Shown here: piece by piece, positions 60,249 through 64,000 of the stretch
Layout of the letters: every line of letters begins with the position of its first letter
Position numbering within the stretch: position 1 is the first letter of the stretch
Origin: Amoebophrya sp. A120
Lineage: Eukaryota > Protista > Dinoflagellata
NCBI GenBank assembly: GCA_905178155.1
Contig: CAJINV010000013.1
Span: 3,158,158-3,222,157 of the forward strand
Length of the DNA: 64,000 nt
Direction: 5' to 3'
The notes under the pieces: generated by a model
What the model was told of the DNA's origin: nothing
Databases searched by the model: none
The model's input: only the letters and a program-made list of their open reading frames with translations
Translations under genes and position numbers: made by a program

Positions 60249-63200
60249 ATGATGTCCTCGCGGCTGGATGCACGGGAACTGCAGCGCAAGAGCGTGCACC
60301 GCATGCTCCACCTGGCGCTGACAGATGAGGACGTCATATGCATTGCAAATATGTCTGGGTCTGGAAGAGTGCGCGATTTGTCATGCAGCTTTTCCATGAC
60401 CCATGAGGTCTGGAATGCAGAACTTAGCATGACAGATTCTGCGCGATCTCTCTCATCCCTATCCTGCATGAGAACCTCCCTCCCGACTTGGTCAAAACTG
60501 GACGACTTTTGGTAATCATGCAACACAGATTTTTGCATGCTTCAGATTTAGCATGACAAGTTGCAGTCTTCCAGACCCAGACATTTTTACATTTGATACG
60601 TCAAGTCGTACGACAATAAGGCGCAATGGAAGGTATTGACACCTTTTTGTGATGGTTTGTCCGCATGATAGACGGACAACTCCTCTCCTCACTGCGTTGG
60701 AAATTACAAATAAACTAGCTCCTGCTGCGTGACCGATTCATCTCCAGTGAGAAATTGAAACACAAAACCAGGCTCTCGTCTACGACAAGCAAGGCCAGGA
60801 CATAATAGCCCCGCTATTCACAGTCGGATCGTTGCGATCCCTTTTCGGCGTCACCCTCCACCGGTCGATCACCAGTGAGAGGAGCGAGGTCCCGGACGTG
60901 CCTTGTATCTACTTTTTGGAGCCGACAGAAGCGAACATACAGAAGATGATCGACGACTGCAAACGGAAACTCTATCCAGAGTAAGTTCGATGTTTGAGAA
61001 AAGATCATCTTGTTGCACTTAGGATGCATGTTGTTCTTTTAGCTGTCTACCTTTACTCTTCGCATCTGTCGTGAGAATATAATAACTTCGCACAACTGCA
61101 TCAATTTCAATTCCCGCATAGTAAGTAGCTAGTGTTAAAATTATGCTCTTCCTAAAAATCAGGCTCTATGTGAATTTCACTTCTTCCGTTCCGCGCCCGT
61201 TGCTCGAGAAACTCGCATTTGGCCTGAACGAAATCCAGGAGGCTCGGAGAATAACGAGCGTGGTCGATAGATTTGTCAATTTCGTCGCCCTGGGCACCAG
61301 TTCGGTGAGTTTGAATTTGGAGAAGTCTTACCAGACACTCCGGTCCTCACTCGTCACGGACGACATTATTGAGAAACTGTTGGATTCCATCGCCACCGGA
61401 ATTCTCTCCTTGTTGGTCACCTTGAAAGTGGGGATTCCCATCATCCGCTGCCCGCCGAACGATGCCGCGCAGCTGGTCGCGCAGAAATTGCACGAGAAAA
61501 TCTACGACTTAACGTCGAACAGCGGGTCAGGTGGGTCCGCAAATAAAACCGGTGATTTATTCCAGGGTTCGTTCGCCCACGCGGGGGAGCCGAGACCGGT
61601 TTTGTGCCTGTTAGACCGGGATTTGGAATTGGGGACCATGCTCGCGCACACCTGGACCTACGAATCCATGTGTCAGGACGTTTTGGGGATGCGGTTAAAC
61701 AAGCTGAGTGTGATAGAAAACGAAGACGACCCCGTGAAAGCGCAGAAGAAGACCTATGACATAGACGTATCTATTGTGTTTTTTTTGATGTTGCTTCGAC
61801 GATCGTGTTCGTGCGCGCTATTCCTGCATGACCTGCTTGACGACAGCGACACAACATAGTGACATGTTGTACAAGCGTGATTCAGATATTAGCTTCAAAA
61901 TTCTGAAATACCATACGAAACAACACTATCAGCCCAACGACAAGTTTTGGTCGGAGTACCAGCATGTCATTATCCACGAGCAGTTTGAAGCTGTCGACCG
62001 GGAACTCCAGGAATTCAACAAAAAGCACAAGCACATGCAGTCCGGGGACTTGAACCAGGCAATAACGCAACTACCCGAGATGCAGGAAAGAAAACGATCG
62101 TTAGAGATGCACACCAACATAGCGCACTCAATATTGAAGCAGATCCAGAAGCGGGCGTTGGACAGGTAGGGTGCTTAATGATGCTTAATGTGCAGCAGAC
62201 GAAGAACTACATGTGCTTGTGCATGATGTGCATCTAGATCATTTACGTTGCGGTGGCCTAATCCCCAAGATTCAATATACCACTAGTGCTTCTACCATAT
62301 GCCTCTTTGCACCCAACCCAAAACCAACCCACAGGTTCTACGTCGTCGAAGACCAATATGCGCAGCAATCCGTGCCCAACGCCTACTCCGCACTGGAGGA
62401 GCTTCTCAAAGAGGTCCCGAACGCCACGCAGCAAGACAAAATGCGGGCGATACTGGTGCTGTTCTTGACAAAAAGCGCGGTGTATACCAGGAAGGCCGAA
62501 GGAGGTCCGGACAACAACAAACTGTCCGATTTGCTTTTCCAACTGGACAAGATCGGCGCGTCAAGAGCACCGCTGGCGTACTTGGAGCACATCGTGAAAA
62601 CAACCTGTCACAAGTATAGAGTAGGTCTTTTTGATTGTGGTGATGTTCCAGTATCAGTTTCCGTTGGTCATCGACATGATTGGCATTGTCCAGCGCCTAA
62701 CTATTGTTTCTAAAATGCACTACCAGGCCCCAACTTTCCTCCGGCGCGAACGACCTTCAAAACACCATCGCGAACCACGGCCAAGCCGCCCTAGGCCAGG
62801 TCATCGGTGGGCAGCACGCGCACGCGGTGGGGCGGATGTTCGGGGGGTTACTCAACCAGGCGGCGGAAGCCACGATGCGGAATCTGGAGAAAATCCTGCC
62901 CACGAAACGGGAGTTGCTCACGACAAAGATCGTAAAGACGCTGATGGAGAACAGACCGGATTCGCAGGCGGACAGCTCAGCCGCAAAAGTGGATAACTAC
63001 GTGTACTTGGATCCGAAACTACCGCCGAGCACCAGGGTATTTTAGCTGATTGGAAACAAATGTGCTCACTCTATACCACGAGACGTGTTATTTTATGCTA
63101 GAAGACGCTTGCTGTTACTGTCGTATCTGTATATATTCCTATTCCTCTTTCTTTTGAGAATAAAACTAAAAGTGAGCACCTCGTCCCTACAGGCTGCCGC

Positions 63201-63417
63201 GGCTGGGATGAACGCCTCAAGATACCGTGCGAGCTTCAAGAGAAGCATTGTCTGCATGGTCGGCGGCGGGAACTTCGTCGAAGCGCAACAGATGCAGGAA
63301 GCGGCGAAAGAAGTAGGAAAGGAGTGCATTTACGTCGCAACCAATTTCGCATCGCCGGAGCAATTCCTGGAAGAGATAACGACGCTCGGCGCGCAGGGAG
63401 AAGGATGTAGTAGTTGA
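60249..63417 (+). CDS. SLY1: Sec1/Munc18-family protein Sly1 (SCFD1), 8 exons
   Basis: QWKALVYDKQGQDIIAPL, GVTLH, VPDVPCIYFLEPTEANI, RPVLCLLDRDL, HTWTY, LEMHTNIA, MVGGGNFVE. Introner 60337-60598; introns 60633-60771, 60981-61162, 61767-61932, 62166-62334, 62614-62726, 63037-63192. Confidence 0.93.
60337..60598. mobile_element. Introner, 262-bp family, copy 3
   Basis: Same TIR core; TSD cgtca (60332-60336, 60599-60603); removal gives DEDVKSYDNKAQWK. Confidence 0.95.
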
Positions 63418-64000
63418 TGGGTGTCGACCTCTCTGCGATGAAAGATCAAGATGCTTTTAGTATCACCCCAGACTGGTGTACCCCACCGGATGAACGTGTA
63501 GTCCTCTTTTCTATCATGATTTCTTCGCAATCGCAGCTCGCTTTTCAAGATTATATATTCGCAGCTATTTACTTTGTTAAACTTCAAGCGACCGATTTAC
63601 TGACCGAGGTTGAAGTAATATCACCTGTCTTCGGTTTTGCCCGCTTCGCAGGGTGTCGCATTGATTTATTCGCACGGCGACCTTGGTGCGTTGCGCACGG
63701 GTAGCAGTGAAGATGTGGTGGAATATCAGTTGAGATCAACGCAACAACGAGATCTGCGGCTTCCATGAAGCGGAAGCAGGAACGAATCAAAGAAGACTCG
63801 GAAAATACTTCAGACGTGTCTGCTTCTGTTGCGCGCGTCTTTTTACTTATGTGGGTTTTTTTAGCAGTGTTCGTTTCTATATTGGATAGCGCAAGTCGTT
63901 CGTAGAAAAAGTGAGTACGCAGGTGACCTGGCTCATTGCCACTATTTCGCAGATTGCTGCCAGAAAGAAGCGGCCAGGAAGATGACGCGGCCCACAGAGA

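Noticed and set aside
2282-60598. Idea that introners survive only where the TSD supplies a GT donor
   Set aside because: The elements at 16961 (accca) and 18743 (ccgca) have no GT in any register.
1-64000. tRNA, rRNA, snRNA or dinoflagellate spliced-leader relics
   Set aside because: No convincing match seen by eye; a covariance-model search would be needed.

Overview
Gene-dense eukaryotic DNA with about 13 intron-containing or single-exon genes, all on the + strand. Short introns, TIR/TSD-bounded non-canonical introns (introners) and unidirectional gene order point to a syndinian dinoflagellate such as Amoebophrya (inference). Genes, in order: PAP2-family phosphatase, TM9SF, a catalytically degenerate PMCA-like P-type ATPase next to an intact PMCA, SBDS, LOG2/MGRN1-like RING E3, SPAG6/PF16, a dual-specificity phosphatase, two Cys-rich CBM1-like paralogs, an unknown ORF, SURF1, a HAD-like protein and SLY1. 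Nine introners from at least 7 TIR types share TAT...ATA ends, 5-bp TSDs and an internal TGTCATGC motif, and none can be spliced as GT-AG. The most unusual structure is a ~10.4-kb stack of three insertions in one PMCA intron (21301-31722). It is punctuated by four 23-52-bp copies of the target site with a near-fixed right end, and two of the modules share a structured ~100-nt terminus. All splice junctions are inferred by eye from reading-frame and motif continuity.
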